Below, in pieces: positions 29,725-38,313 of a stretch of DNA of 64,000 nucleotides. The notes under the pieces are model-generated. The model worked only from the letters and a program-made list of their open reading frames with translations. It made no database searches and had not been told where the DNA came from. The first letter of the stretch is position 1, and each line of letters begins with the position of its first letter. This DNA is from an uncultured Gemmatimonadales bacterium (GTDB lineage Bacteria > Gemmatimonadota > Gemmatimonadetes > Longimicrobiales > RSA9): positions 128,001 through 192,000 of the forward strand of contig CAVUKA010000005.1 of the NCBI GenBank assembly GCA_963741945.1, in the 5' to 3' direction. Made by a program: the position numbers and the translations under genes.

Positions 29725-30438
29725 CTACTTCCGCGGCGGACGGGAGGGGCGGACTTCGACCCGGCTGGGGAGCGTCCGGTCGGGAGTGGCCAGGAGGTCG
29801 AGCACGATGGCGCCGATGTCCTCGGGCTGGATCTTCCAGGCGTCGTCGCTGCCTGGGTCCGGGTGGGAGAACTCGCTCGCCACGCTGCCGGGCATGACAT
29901 AGCTGACGCGGATGCCGTCGTGTCGGACTTCCTGCATGAGCGCCTCGCTGAATCCCACGAGTCCGAACTTGCTCGCGTTGTACGCGGCGCCGCCCGGGAA
30001 CGCGTTCTTCCCGGCGAGGCTCGCGATGTTGATGATCCAGCCGCCTCCGCGCCGCTTGAGCAGCGGTATGGCCGCCCGGGACGCATGGAACACACCGCTG
30101 AGGTTCGTCTCGATCACGGCGTCCCAGGTCTCGGTGGTCATGTCCGCCACGCGCTCGAACCGGCCGATCCCGGCGTTGTTCACCAGGATGTCGACGCCTC
30201 CGAACGCCGCCACGGCCGCCTCCAGCAGCGCGTCGCAATCGGACGGGCTCCGGACATCGCACACCACGCCGCGCGCATCGCCGCCCAGCTCCTCGGCCGC
30301 CCGCGCAACATCCGCCTGGGTCCGTGCGCCCACCACCACCCGGGCACCCGCGCGCAGAAGCGCCTCCGCGATGGCGCGTCCGATCCCGCGGGTCCCTCCC
30401 GTCACCACGGCCACTTTGCCGTTCAGGTCCGGCTCCAT
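29725..30438 (-). CDS. SDR family oxidoreductase
   Basis: TGGTRGIG, NNAG, YNASK. Confidence 0.9.
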   Translation of the reverse strand: MEPDLNGKVAVVTGGTRGIGRAIAEALLRAGARVVVGARTQADVARAAEELGGDARGVVCDVRSPSDCDALLEAAVAAFGGVDILVNNAGIGRFERVADMTTETWDAVIETNLSGVFHASRAAIPLLKRRGGGWIINIASLAGKNAFPGGAAYNASKFGLVGFSEALMQEVRHDGIRVSYVMPGSVASEFSHPDPGSDDAWKIQPEDIGAIVLDLLATPDRTLPSRVEVRPSRPPRK

Positions 30439-30585
30439 GCCACTGCTCCCGTCTCCGGTTCCTCTGTCTGCGAGCGTGATCCTGCCGCCCCCGGGCGCAA
30501 GGGCGCGCCCGGCCCCCGGCGTGCCGGAAGGACGGATGGGGCGGACGGTACAGCGTCGCATGCACGCCGCGAGCCAGACAGCCCG

Positions 30586-30614
30586 TTGTCCGCCTCACGC
30601 GGGCGGCGTAACCT
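30586..30614 (+). promoter_or_regulatory. Sigma70-type promoter of an apparently leaderless SDR gene
   Basis: TTGTCC-17 nt-TAACCT, 6 nt before ATG 30621. Confidence 0.55.
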
Positions 30615-30620
30615 TCCCGC

Positions 30621-31349
30621 ATGGATCTCCACGACCGCACTGCCCTGGTCACGGGAGGCGCACATCGCGTGGGCCGAGCCCTCGTTCTGGCGCTCGCCCG
30701 GGCCGGCGCCGATGTGGCCGTGCACTACCATTCGTCGGACGATGCAGCGCGGGACACGGTACGGGCCGTGGAAGCGCTGGGCCGCCGCGGGTGGGCCGTC
30801 GGCGCCAATCTGCTGGACGCGGCCGAGGCGGAAGCCCTTCCCGGGCGGGTGGCCGGACACTTCGGGGGGCTCGATGTCCTGGTGAACAGCGCCTCGCTGT
30901 TCGAGTCCGCGGCGTTCCTGGACGTGACCGCGGAAGACTGGGACCGCGTCATGGCCGTGAACCTGCGCGCGCCGTTCCTCCTCACGCGCGCCGCCACCCC
31001 CTTCCTCCAGGCGGCCGAGGGCGTGATCATCAACGTGGCGGACCTCGCGGGGCTGCAGGCGTGGCCGCGGTTCGCGCACCACGGTGTCTCGAAGGCGGGG
31101 CTGATCCACCTCACCCGGGTGACGGCCCGCGTCCTGGCGCCGCGGGTGCGCGTCAACTGTGTGGTGCCCGGAACCGTTCTGCCGCCGGACGACTATACCG
31201 AGGAGCAGATCGCCGCCACCGTCGAACGGACGGCCCTCAAGCGATTGGGGAGTCCGAGCGACGTCGTGGAGGCCATGATGTTCCTTGTCCGGTCGGATTT
31301 CGCAACGGGCTCCATTGTCACTGTGGATGGGGGCCGCCTGCTCAGGTAG
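30621..31349 (+). CDS. SDR family oxidoreductase, pteridine-reductase (PTR1/FolM)-like
   Basis: TGGAHRVG, VHYHSS, LVNSAS, INVAD, LAPRVRVN; HGVSK in place of YxxxK. Confidence 0.8.
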   Translation: MDLHDRTALVTGGAHRVGRALVLALARAGADVAVHYHSSDDAARDTVRAVEALGRRGWAVGANLLDAAEAEALPGRVAGHFGGLDVLVNSASLFESAAFLDVTAEDWDRVMAVNLRAPFLLTRAATPFLQAAEGVIINVADLAGLQAWPRFAHHGVSKAGLIHLTRVTARVLAPRVRVNCVVPGTVLPPDDYTEEQIAATVERTALKRLGSPSDVVEAMMFLVRSDFATGSIVTVDGGRLLR

Positions 31350-31369
31350 CCACAGGAGGAGTCGCGCGC

Positions 31370-33481
31370 ATGAAGAAGCTGTTCGTCCGCTGGAAGCGCT
31401 GGGGCCGGATCCGGCGCGGCCTGTTCTCCGTGGTGCTGCTGCTCGCCCTGGCGACGGCGGGCGTCCTCACGTGGTCCGCACTCACGGTCACTGGCGTTCG
31501 CGGCGACGGCTGTCCGTCTCTTGCCGACCTGCGGGACTACCGTCCGCCCGAGGCCACCCGCGTGCTGGCCATGGACGGCTCGCTCGTGGCCGACCTCTCA
31601 CCCCAGCGCAGAATCGTGGTGGGGATGTCCGACATCCCGCCGCTCCTGCGCGAGGGGTTCATCGCCGTGGAGGACCGCCGCTTCTGGAACCACGGCGGCG
31701 TCGACCTGCGGGGAGTGGCGCGCGCCGCGTGGCACGACCTCCGTACGCTTTCGCTGTCGGAGGGCTCCAGCACGATCACCATGCAGCTCGCCCGCAGCAT
31801 CTTCCCGGAGCGGCTCCCGATGCGGGAGAAGCTGGGCCGCAAGCTGTGCGAGGTCTACCTGGCGCGCCGGATGGAGGCCGAGCTCCCCAAGCGGAGCATC
31901 CTCCAGATGTACCTCAACCAGATCTACCTGGGCGGCGGGCTGTACGGGGTGGAGGCCGCCGCGCAGGGGTACTTCGGCAAGCCAGCGCGGGCGCTGGACC
32001 CGTCGGAGGCGGCGCTGCTGGTGGCGCTGGTCAAGAGTCCGGAGGGATACAATCCGCGGAAGAACCGGGAGCGGGCCGTCGAGCGCAGGAACATCGTGCT
32101 CGGCGTCATGGCGCGCGCGGGAGTGATCGACAAGGCGACGGCGGCACGCGCCGTCCGCGAGCCGCTGGACCTCGCGCCGCCCCCTGATGCTGCGGGTCCC
32201 GCGCCCTACTTCGTCGCCGAGGTGCGAAAGGAGCTGAAGGGGCGGTTCGGCCCGGATGCCGATGTTCGGGGACTCGTGGTCCACACGGGTTTGGACCCCG
32301 AGCTCCAGCGCCTGGCGCACGCCGAGCTGCTGGCCCAGATCGGCCGCATCGAGGAAGGGCGCTACGGCAAGTACTCCCACCACCGCGGCGCTTCCAGCGA
32401 CCCGGACGCGCCCGTCCTCCAGGGTCTCGTGGTGGTCATGGACCCGGCCACCGGCCTGCTCAGGGCGCTGGTCGGCGGGCGCGATTTCGCCACGTCCCAG
32501 TTCGACCGCGCGCTGCAGGCCAGGCGGCAGCCGGGATCGGCGTTCAAACCCATCGTCTACGCCACGGCCCTGGAGGCGGGGCTTCCCCCCACCACCCGGC
32601 TCTCCACCACCCCCGTCGAGATCGATGGCCCCGGCACCCCCCCATGGCGCCCGGGCGACCACCTGGCGGACTCCGTGACCACCCTCACCGTCCGGACCGC
32701 CCTGGCCGTCTCGTCGAACAACGCCGCCGTGCGCCTCGGCCACTGGGTGGGCGAGAAGCGCGTGGCCGAGATGGGGAAGCGGCTCGGACTCACCACGCCG
32801 ATCCCGCCATACCCGTCCATCAACCTGGGCTCCGCCGAAGTCATCCCCGCGGAGCTGGTGGCGGCGTTCGCGCCGTTCGGCAACGGCGGATACCTCGTGC
32901 GTCCCACACTGATCCGGAGCGTGGAGGACGGCGAAGGCAACGTGCTCTGGGAAGCCGCGCCGCCCACGCGACAGGTGCTCTCCCCCGGCGTGGCCTTCCT
33001 CACGCTCAGCCTCCTCGAGGAGGTCGTGAACTCCGGAACCGCCGCCTCCGTCCGGCGTGATGGGTTCTGGCTGCCCGCCGCCGGCAAGACCGGGACGACG
33101 AACGACGGCAAGGACGTGTGGTTCGTCGGCCTGACACCGGACCTGGTGGCGGGCGTGTGGCTCGGCTTCGACCAGCCGCGCCCCATCCTCCCCGGCGCCA
33201 GCGGGGGTCGCCTGGCCGCCCCCGTCTGGGCCCACCTCATGGAGAAGGCCTACGAAAGTCGGCCGGCGCCCGCGCCCTGGGTTCCCCCGGCCAGCATCGT
33301 CAGCGCCCAGGTGGACGAGAAGACGGGCTACCTGGCCACCGGGAGCTGCCCCGCCGAGGACGTGCGCATCGAGTACTTCCTCGTCGGCACGGAGCCCCGC
33401 GACTACTGTCCCGTCCACCCCGAGAGCGGCATCGACCACATCTTCGATCGGCTCTGGAATCGCGTGCGCAGGATCTTTTAG
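31370..33481 (+). CDS. Class A penicillin-binding protein (PBP1A family)
   Basis: GGAGGAG RBS; EDRRF, GSSTITMQL, RKLCE, YLNQIY (glycosyltransferase); SAFK, SSN, KTG (transpeptidase). Confidence 0.95.
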   Translation: MKKLFVRWKRWGRIRRGLFSVVLLLALATAGVLTWSALTVTGVRGDGCPSLADLRDYRPPEATRVLAMDGSLVADLSPQRRIVVGMSDIPPLLREGFIAVEDRRFWNHGGVDLRGVARAAWHDLRTLSLSEGSSTITMQLARSIFPERLPMREKLGRKLCEVYLARRMEAELPKRSILQMYLNQIYLGGGLYGVEAAAQGYFGKPARALDPSEAALLVALVKSPEGYNPRKNRERAVERRNIVLGVMARAGVIDKATAARAVREPLDLAPPPDAAGPAPYFVAEVRKELKGRFGPDADVRGLVVHTGLDPELQRLAHAELLAQIGRIEEGRYGKYSHHRGASSDPDAPVLQGLVVVMDPATGLLRALVGGRDFATSQFDRALQARRQPGSAFKPIVYATALEAGLPPTTRLSTTPVEIDGPGTPPWRPGDHLADSVTTLTVRTALAVSSNNAAVRLGHWVGEKRVAEMGKRLGLTTPIPPYPSINLGSAEVIPAELVAAFAPFGNGGYLVRPTLIRSVEDGEGNVLWEAAPPTRQVLSPGVAFLTLSLLEEVVNSGTAASVRRDGFWLPAAGKTGTTNDGKDVWFVGLTPDLVAGVWLGFDQPRPILPGASGGRLAAPVWAHLMEKAYESRPAPAPWVPPASIVSAQVDEKTGYLATGSCPAEDVRIEYFLVGTEPRDYCPVHPESGIDHIFDRLWNRVRRIF

Positions 33482-33482
33482 C

Positions 33483-33609
33483 CACGCAGAGGCGCGGAGA
33501 ACCCCGTTTCACGCGGAGACGCGGAGATCGCGAAGAAAACCCATTTCACGCGGAGGCGCGAAGATCGCGAAGAAAACCCATTTCACGCGGAGAGGCGAAG
33601 ATCGCGGAG
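33483..33609 (+). repeat. Left arm of CGCGGAG-family element: 37-bp units TTTCACGCGGAGRCGCGRAGATCGCGAAGAAAACCCA (two full, plus partials)
   Basis: Units at 33507-33543 and 33544-33580, partial 33581-33609, degenerate copy from 33483. Confidence 0.85.
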
Positions 33610-33705
33610 GGGGTCGCGGGCTCGGAGCGTGACGAGCCAGGCACCGTTCAGGGCCATGGTATGCGGATCGAACAGCCGGGCAGCGTGCACTCCCGCGCGG
33701 AGTCA

Positions 33706-34149
33706 CGCGCCTCCGCGTGATCGCCGTCTTGACGTTCTCCGCGTCCTCCGCGCCTCCGCGTGACCGCCGTTTCGACGTTCTCCGCGTCCTCCGCGCCTCC
33801 GCGTGACCGCCGTTTCGACGTTCTCCGCGTCCTCCGCGCCTCCGCGTGACCGCCGTTTCGACGTTCTCCGCGTCCTCCGCGCCTCCGCGTGATCGCCGTT
33901 TTGACGTTCTCCGCGTCCTCCGCGCCTCCGCGTGACCGCCGTTTTGACGTTCTCCGCGTCCTCCGCGCCTCCGCGTGACCGCCGTTTCGACGTTCTCCGC
34001 GTCCTCCGCGCCTCCGCGTGATCGCCGTTTCGACGTTCTCCGCGTCCTCCGCGCCTCCGCGTGATCGCCGTTTGACGTTCTCCGCGTCCTCCGCGCCTCC
34101 GCGTGGCCGCCGTTTTGACGTTCTCCGCGTCCTCCGCGCCTCCGCGTGA
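33706..34149 (-). repeat. Tandem array of ten 43-bp units (one 42 bp) plus a partial, inverted relative to the left arm
   Basis: Unit YCGCCGTTTYGACGTTCTCCGCGTCCTCCGCGCCTCCGCGTGA from 33721 to 34149, abutting the trxB stop codon. Confidence 0.95.
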
Positions 34150-35172
34150 TCAGTCCGTCGCGGGCACCGGCGCCTCCGCCGTTTCGAGCACGGGCGACTC
34201 GCCGATCCCCTGGTGCGAGAGCCACCGCTCCGCCTCCAGCGCAGCCATGCAGCCGGTGCCGGCGGCCGTGATCGCCTGGCGATAGTAGTCGTCCATGACG
34301 TCACCGGCGGCGAACACGCCCTCGATCTCGGTGGCGGTGCGCCACGGCTTGGTCTTGATGTAGCCGTGCTCCGTGAGCTCGAGCTGACCGGCCAGGAACT
34401 CGGTGTTCGGCTTGTGGCCGATGGCAACGAACATCCCGCCTACCTCCACCTCGCTCCCCTCACCGGTGACGGTGTCCTCCAGCCGGATCCCCGTGATCTG
34501 GTCGTAGCCGATGACTTCGGTGACCACCTTGTTCCACAGGACCTCGATCTTCGGATGCTCCAGCACGCGCTCGGCCATGATCCGGGAGGCCCGGAGCTCG
34601 TCCCGCCGATGGATGACGTAGACCTTGCTCGCGAACTTGCTGGCGTACAGTGCCTCCTCCATGGCGGAGTCGCCACCGCCCACGACGGCCAGAACCTGGC
34701 CCCGGAAGATCGGGAGCGCCGCGTCGCACACCGCGCACGCCGACACACCGCCGCCACTCTGGGCCAGCCGCTCTTCGTTCGGCACGCCGAGCCAGCGGGC
34801 GTTCGCCCCCGTGGACACGATGACGGTGTGCGACTTCACCGTCTCACCGCCCCGCGTGGTGATGGTGAACGGGCGCTCGGCGAAGTCCACCTTCTCCACC
34901 ATCTCCATCTTCGAGCGCGTGCCGAAGCGTGTGGCCTGCTCCTTCATTCGCTCCATCAGCTCCGGCCCCGTGATCCCTTCCGGGAACCCGGGGAAGTTCT
35001 CGACTTCCGTGGTGATCATCAGCTGACCACCGGGCAGCATGATGCCCTCCGGCTCACCTTCGAGGAGGTAGGGGCCCAGGTCAGCCCGCGCCGCGTACAG
35101 TGCGGCTGTCCAGGCTGAAGGGCCCGACCCGATGATGACCACATTCTCGATCCGATCCATGACCATACCCAT
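34150..35172 (-). CDS. trxB: Thioredoxin-disulfide reductase
   Basis: IIGSGPS, GGQLMITTEVENFPGF, VSACAVCD, GGGDSAMEEA, HRRD, FAAGDV, YRQAITAAGTGC; start may be a slightly downstream ATG. Confidence 0.95.
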   Translation of the reverse strand: MGMVMDRIENVVIIGSGPSAWTAALYAARADLGPYLLEGEPEGIMLPGGQLMITTEVENFPGFPEGITGPELMERMKEQATRFGTRSKMEMVEKVDFAERPFTITTRGGETVKSHTVIVSTGANARWLGVPNEERLAQSGGGVSACAVCDAALPIFRGQVLAVVGGGDSAMEEALYASKFASKVYVIHRRDELRASRIMAERVLEHPKIEVLWNKVVTEVIGYDQITGIRLEDTVTGEGSEVEVGGMFVAIGHKPNTEFLAGQLELTEHGYIKTKPWRTATEIEGVFAAGDVMDDYYRQAITAAGTGCMAALEAERWLSHQGIGESPVLETAEAPVPATD

Positions 35173-35305
35173 CCCGATTTCAGTTCACTCTTTCCCGTGA
35201 TGCTGACGAAAGGTAAGATTCCTGCCAACCCCCTCCAACCCGAGCGGTTGCTGATCACATCGACACCATGCTAAACTGCGACGAAACGCAATCGATGCTC
35301 CGCGA

Positions 35306-36037
35306 ATGAGCTCTGCCCACAAGCCTGCTCCCACGAACCGCGCCGCGGAAGAGCTCCTCGCTTCTCTCGCCGGCATCGTCTCCGCCCACGTCGTCGCCGA
35401 CGAGGCCGGGCGCTTCGTCGAGGTCCATGTCCTCTGCGCCCCGGATATCCACCCCAAGCAGGTGGTCCGGAACGTCGAGTCGGCGCTGACCGCGGGGCTC
35501 GGGCTGCACATCGACCGGCGCGTGGTCAGTGTGGCCCAGATCCGGTCCAGCCTCGGCACCAACGGTCAGCCGGCGGACGGCGAGCTGCCCGCCCCCGTGG
35601 AGGACCTCCTGGCGCGCGAGGATTCCCCCGCTGACCACGTCAGGCCGGCGGCACACCGGGGCGACGCCGGCCGCGTCGAGTTTGTTCGCTTCGAAGCCCA
35701 CCGCGACGCGGAACGTTGCCGCTGCAATGTCACACTCCGTGCCGCGGAGAACGAGATCGTGGGCACCGGATGGGGCGCCGACACGGCGCCGGGCCGTGCG
35801 GAGGCCGCGGCCCGCGCGGTCCTGGACGCCCTCGGGCAGGCAAGGCCGGGGGTGCGCGTCGCGCTCGATGGCGCCGTCGTTTCCGCCGCGCGGGGACACA
35901 GCTTCGTCATTGTCGCCGCCCACGTCCTGCTCGATCGCGGGCTCGTCCCGCTCGCGGGTGCCGCCCCGCTGCACCGGTCACCGGAGGAAGCCGGCATTCT
36001 GGCCGCGCTCCAGGCTACCAACCGCTGGAGCGCCTGA
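35306..36037 (+). CDS. Conserved hypothetical protein
   Basis: EVHVL...HPKQVVRNVESAL...IDRRVVSVAQ N-domain, linker, alpha/beta C-domain ending ALQATNR. Confidence 0.75.
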   Translation: MSSAHKPAPTNRAAEELLASLAGIVSAHVVADEAGRFVEVHVLCAPDIHPKQVVRNVESALTAGLGLHIDRRVVSVAQIRSSLGTNGQPADGELPAPVEDLLAREDSPADHVRPAAHRGDAGRVEFVRFEAHRDAERCRCNVTLRAAENEIVGTGWGADTAPGRAEAAARAVLDALGQARPGVRVALDGAVVSAARGHSFVIVAAHVLLDRGLVPLAGAAPLHRSPEEAGILAALQATNRWSA

Positions 36038-36042
36038 GCGCC

Positions 36043-36654
36043 GTGGCTCGAGGCGACGCCGCTTCAGCCCTCGAACAGCTTCCCGGCGTACTTGCCGCCA
36101 CGATCCTCGCCGACTCCACCAGGATACCCCTCGTCTACCTGGCCGCCTCTCCCGAGACGGACCCCGAGACGCTCCGCGCGGCCGCCGCGATGGCGCTCGA
36201 GATCTTCGGCACGCCCACCCCCCTCGACCGGATCCACGTCGCCAGCCCCGCCCCCCAGAGGACGGCGCGCAGCCGCAGCGCGCTCCCCCGCTTCGCGTTC
36301 GACGGATTCGAAGTGCATCGCAGCGAGGGGCGGGCCACCTGCTCCGTACGACTGCGGGCGGACCGCAGACTGGTGGAAGGATCCGCCACTGAGCCGGATA
36401 CGCCGTCGGGATGCGCCCGGGCCGCCGCGCGGGCCACCCTCATTGCCGCGGAGGGGTTCGATCCGGACCTCCGCTTCGGCCTCGATGGGCTGCGGGTGAT
36501 CGACCTGTTCGGACACCGGGCGCTCGTGCTCCTCGTGGACGCCAATGCCGGACGCTCCCGGGTCCATCTGCCGGGCGTGGTGATGCTGGACCGGTCGCTC
36601 GAGGAGGCCGCCGCGCATGCGGTCATCCACGCACTGCGCACATGGGCGGTGTGA
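36043..36654 (+). CDS. Hypothetical protein, divergent paralog of the upstream gene
   Basis: Same two-domain layout (LPGVLAA, RIHVA, CSVRL..VEGSA..RAAARATL, RSLEEAA..A..HAL); start uncertain (CTG 36034 or GTG 36043). Confidence 0.65.
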   Translation: MARGDAASALEQLPGVLAATILADSTRIPLVYLAASPETDPETLRAAAAMALEIFGTPTPLDRIHVASPAPQRTARSRSALPRFAFDGFEVHRSEGRATCSVRLRADRRLVEGSATEPDTPSGCARAAARATLIAAEGFDPDLRFGLDGLRVIDLFGHRALVLLVDANAGRSRVHLPGVVMLDRSLEEAAAHAVIHALRTWAV

Positions 36655-36726
36655 GAGGCCGGACTTCGCCCGGCGCGGAGGCGGAGGCGCGGCCACCCGG
36701 ACGCGGGTCTCCGGCGGGCGGGATGC

Positions 36727-37122
36727 CTACTTGGGGACGGTCGGGGGGCCGATGAACTTCTCCACCTCCTGGACCACGCGACGCGGCTCGACGGGCTTGG
36801 CCAGGTACCCGTCGCAGCCGGCCCGCACGGCCTTCGTGCGGTCTTCATCGAGGGCGTGGGCGGTGAGGGCGATGATCGGGATGGCCGCGGTTGCGTCATC
36901 GGCCTTGAGGCGCTGCGTGGCCTCCCACCCATCGATTTTCGGAATGGAGATGTCCATGAGGATGATGTCCGGCCGGTTCGACCGGGCCGAGGCCACCCCC
37001 TCCTCACCATCCCGGGCCTCGATCACGCGGAATCCCACATGCTCCAGGATCGTGCGGTAGACCACGAGGTTGTCCTCGTTGTCCTCGACGAGCAGAACGG
37101 TCTTTTCCGCCTTGTCACTCAT
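36727..37122 (-). CDS. Single-domain response regulator (DivK/CheY-like)
   Basis: LLVEDN, PDIILMD, IIALTAHA, YLAKP. Confidence 0.92.
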   Translation of the reverse strand: MSDKAEKTVLLVEDNEDNLVVYRTILEHVGFRVIEARDGEEGVASARSNRPDIILMDISIPKIDGWEATQRLKADDATAAIPIIALTAHALDEDRTKAVRAGCDGYLAKPVEPRRVVQEVEKFIGPPTVPK

Positions 37123-37145
37123 CCGCCTGACCTCGGCCCGGGTTG

Positions 37146-38189
37146 TCAATCGCGGCCGGCGGCTGCCGGCAGCGGCTCCTCACGGTCCTTGAACACCTTC
37201 AGATTCGTCGAATGCCCCGCCGAAAGCCTCGCCTTCGGGTCGATGAAGTGGACGGCGTGATTCACCGCCACCGCCGCTTCCGAGAACCCCGTGGCGATCA
37301 GCTCGAGCTTCCCCTCGTACGAGGTGATGTCTCCTGCGGCGAAAACGCCCGGGATGTTGGTGGCCATGGTCGGAGCCACCTTCACGCTGTTGCGCTCCAG
37401 CTCGAGTCCCCAGCCCGCGAGCGGTCCCAGGTCGGGACGGAACCCGATGAGCGAGAGCACCGCGTCCACTTCGAACCGCTCGTCCTCATCCGTACGATTG
37501 TCGAAGATGGTCACCGCCGTCACGCAGTCCGAGCCGTGGATGGCCCGGACTTCACGGTGTGTCAGCAGCTCGATCTTCCCCGCGTCCACGGCCTCGAACA
37601 GCTGCCGCATCGAATGCGCGTGGGCACGGAAGCCCTCGCGGCGATGGATCAGGATCAGGCGCTCCGTCTCGTCCTTCAACCCCAGCGCCCAGTCCACGGC
37701 GGAGTCGCCGCCGCCCACGATCAACACACGCTTGCCGCGGTAGAGCGCCGGCTCCCGCACGTGGTAGGACACGCCGCTGCCCAGCAGCTCGTCGTACCCG
37801 GGGCACTCCAGCACCCTCGGTGAGAACGCACCCTTGCCCGCCGCGATGATGACGGCGCGGCTGCGGTAGCGGCCCCGGTCGGTCACCAGGGTGAAGCCGT
37901 CCTCCTCCCGGGCCAGCTCCCGGACTTCCTCCTCCAGGTGGATCTCCGGATCGAACTGCGTGCCCTGCTCCACCAGGTTCCGCACCAGGTCCCGCCCCAG
38001 GATCCTGGGGAAGCCGCCCACGTCGTAGATGTACTTCTCCGGGTACAGCGCCATCAGCTGGCCGCCCAGCTCCGGCAGCGAGTCCACGATCCGCACTGTG
38101 GCACCGCGCATGCCTGCGTAGAAGGCGGCGAACAGCCCCGTGGGGCCGCCGCCGATGATGTTGATGTCGCGACGTTCTGCTTCGACCAC
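37146..38189 (-). CDS. Ferredoxin--NADP reductase, TrxR-like (YumC type)
   Basis: GGGPTGLFAAFYAGMR, GGQLMALYPEKYIYDVGGF, GGGDSAVDW, GKLELIATGF; no CxxC. Confidence 0.9.
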   Translation of the reverse strand: MVEAERRDINIIGGGPTGLFAAFYAGMRGATVRIVDSLPELGGQLMALYPEKYIYDVGGFPRILGRDLVRNLVEQGTQFDPEIHLEEEVRELAREEDGFTLVTDRGRYRSRAVIIAAGKGAFSPRVLECPGYDELLGSGVSYHVREPALYRGKRVLIVGGGDSAVDWALGLKDETERLILIHRREGFRAHAHSMRQLFEAVDAGKIELLTHREVRAIHGSDCVTAVTIFDNRTDEDERFEVDAVLSLIGFRPDLGPLAGWGLELERNSVKVAPTMATNIPGVFAAGDITSYEGKLELIATGFSEAAVAVNHAVHFIDPKARLSAGHSTNLKVFKDREEPLPAAAGRD

Positions 38190-38313
38190 GTCTTCTATTC
38201 CCGTGGGGATCCACTCGAGAGTTGCGGCGCCATCGTACCCCAGCGCGATTCCGGCGGCAACCTCGGCGCAGCAGCCGCCTCAGGATGCAAGGGGTATTCC
38301 CGCCGTGCCCGCT

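Noticed and set aside
29912-31369. N-terminal extension of PBP1A (1189-aa ORF)
   Set aside because: Overlaps two SDR genes; a strong GGAGGAG RBS marks the true start at 31370.
33706-34149. CRISPR array
   Set aside because: Segments between cores are short and near-identical rather than unique spacers; no cas genes or leader in the window.
33509-34427. ORFs 33509..34225 and 33648..34427 as repeat proteins
   Set aside because: They are read-throughs of a 43-bp (non-triplet) DNA repeat that cycles through frames and overlaps trxB out of frame.
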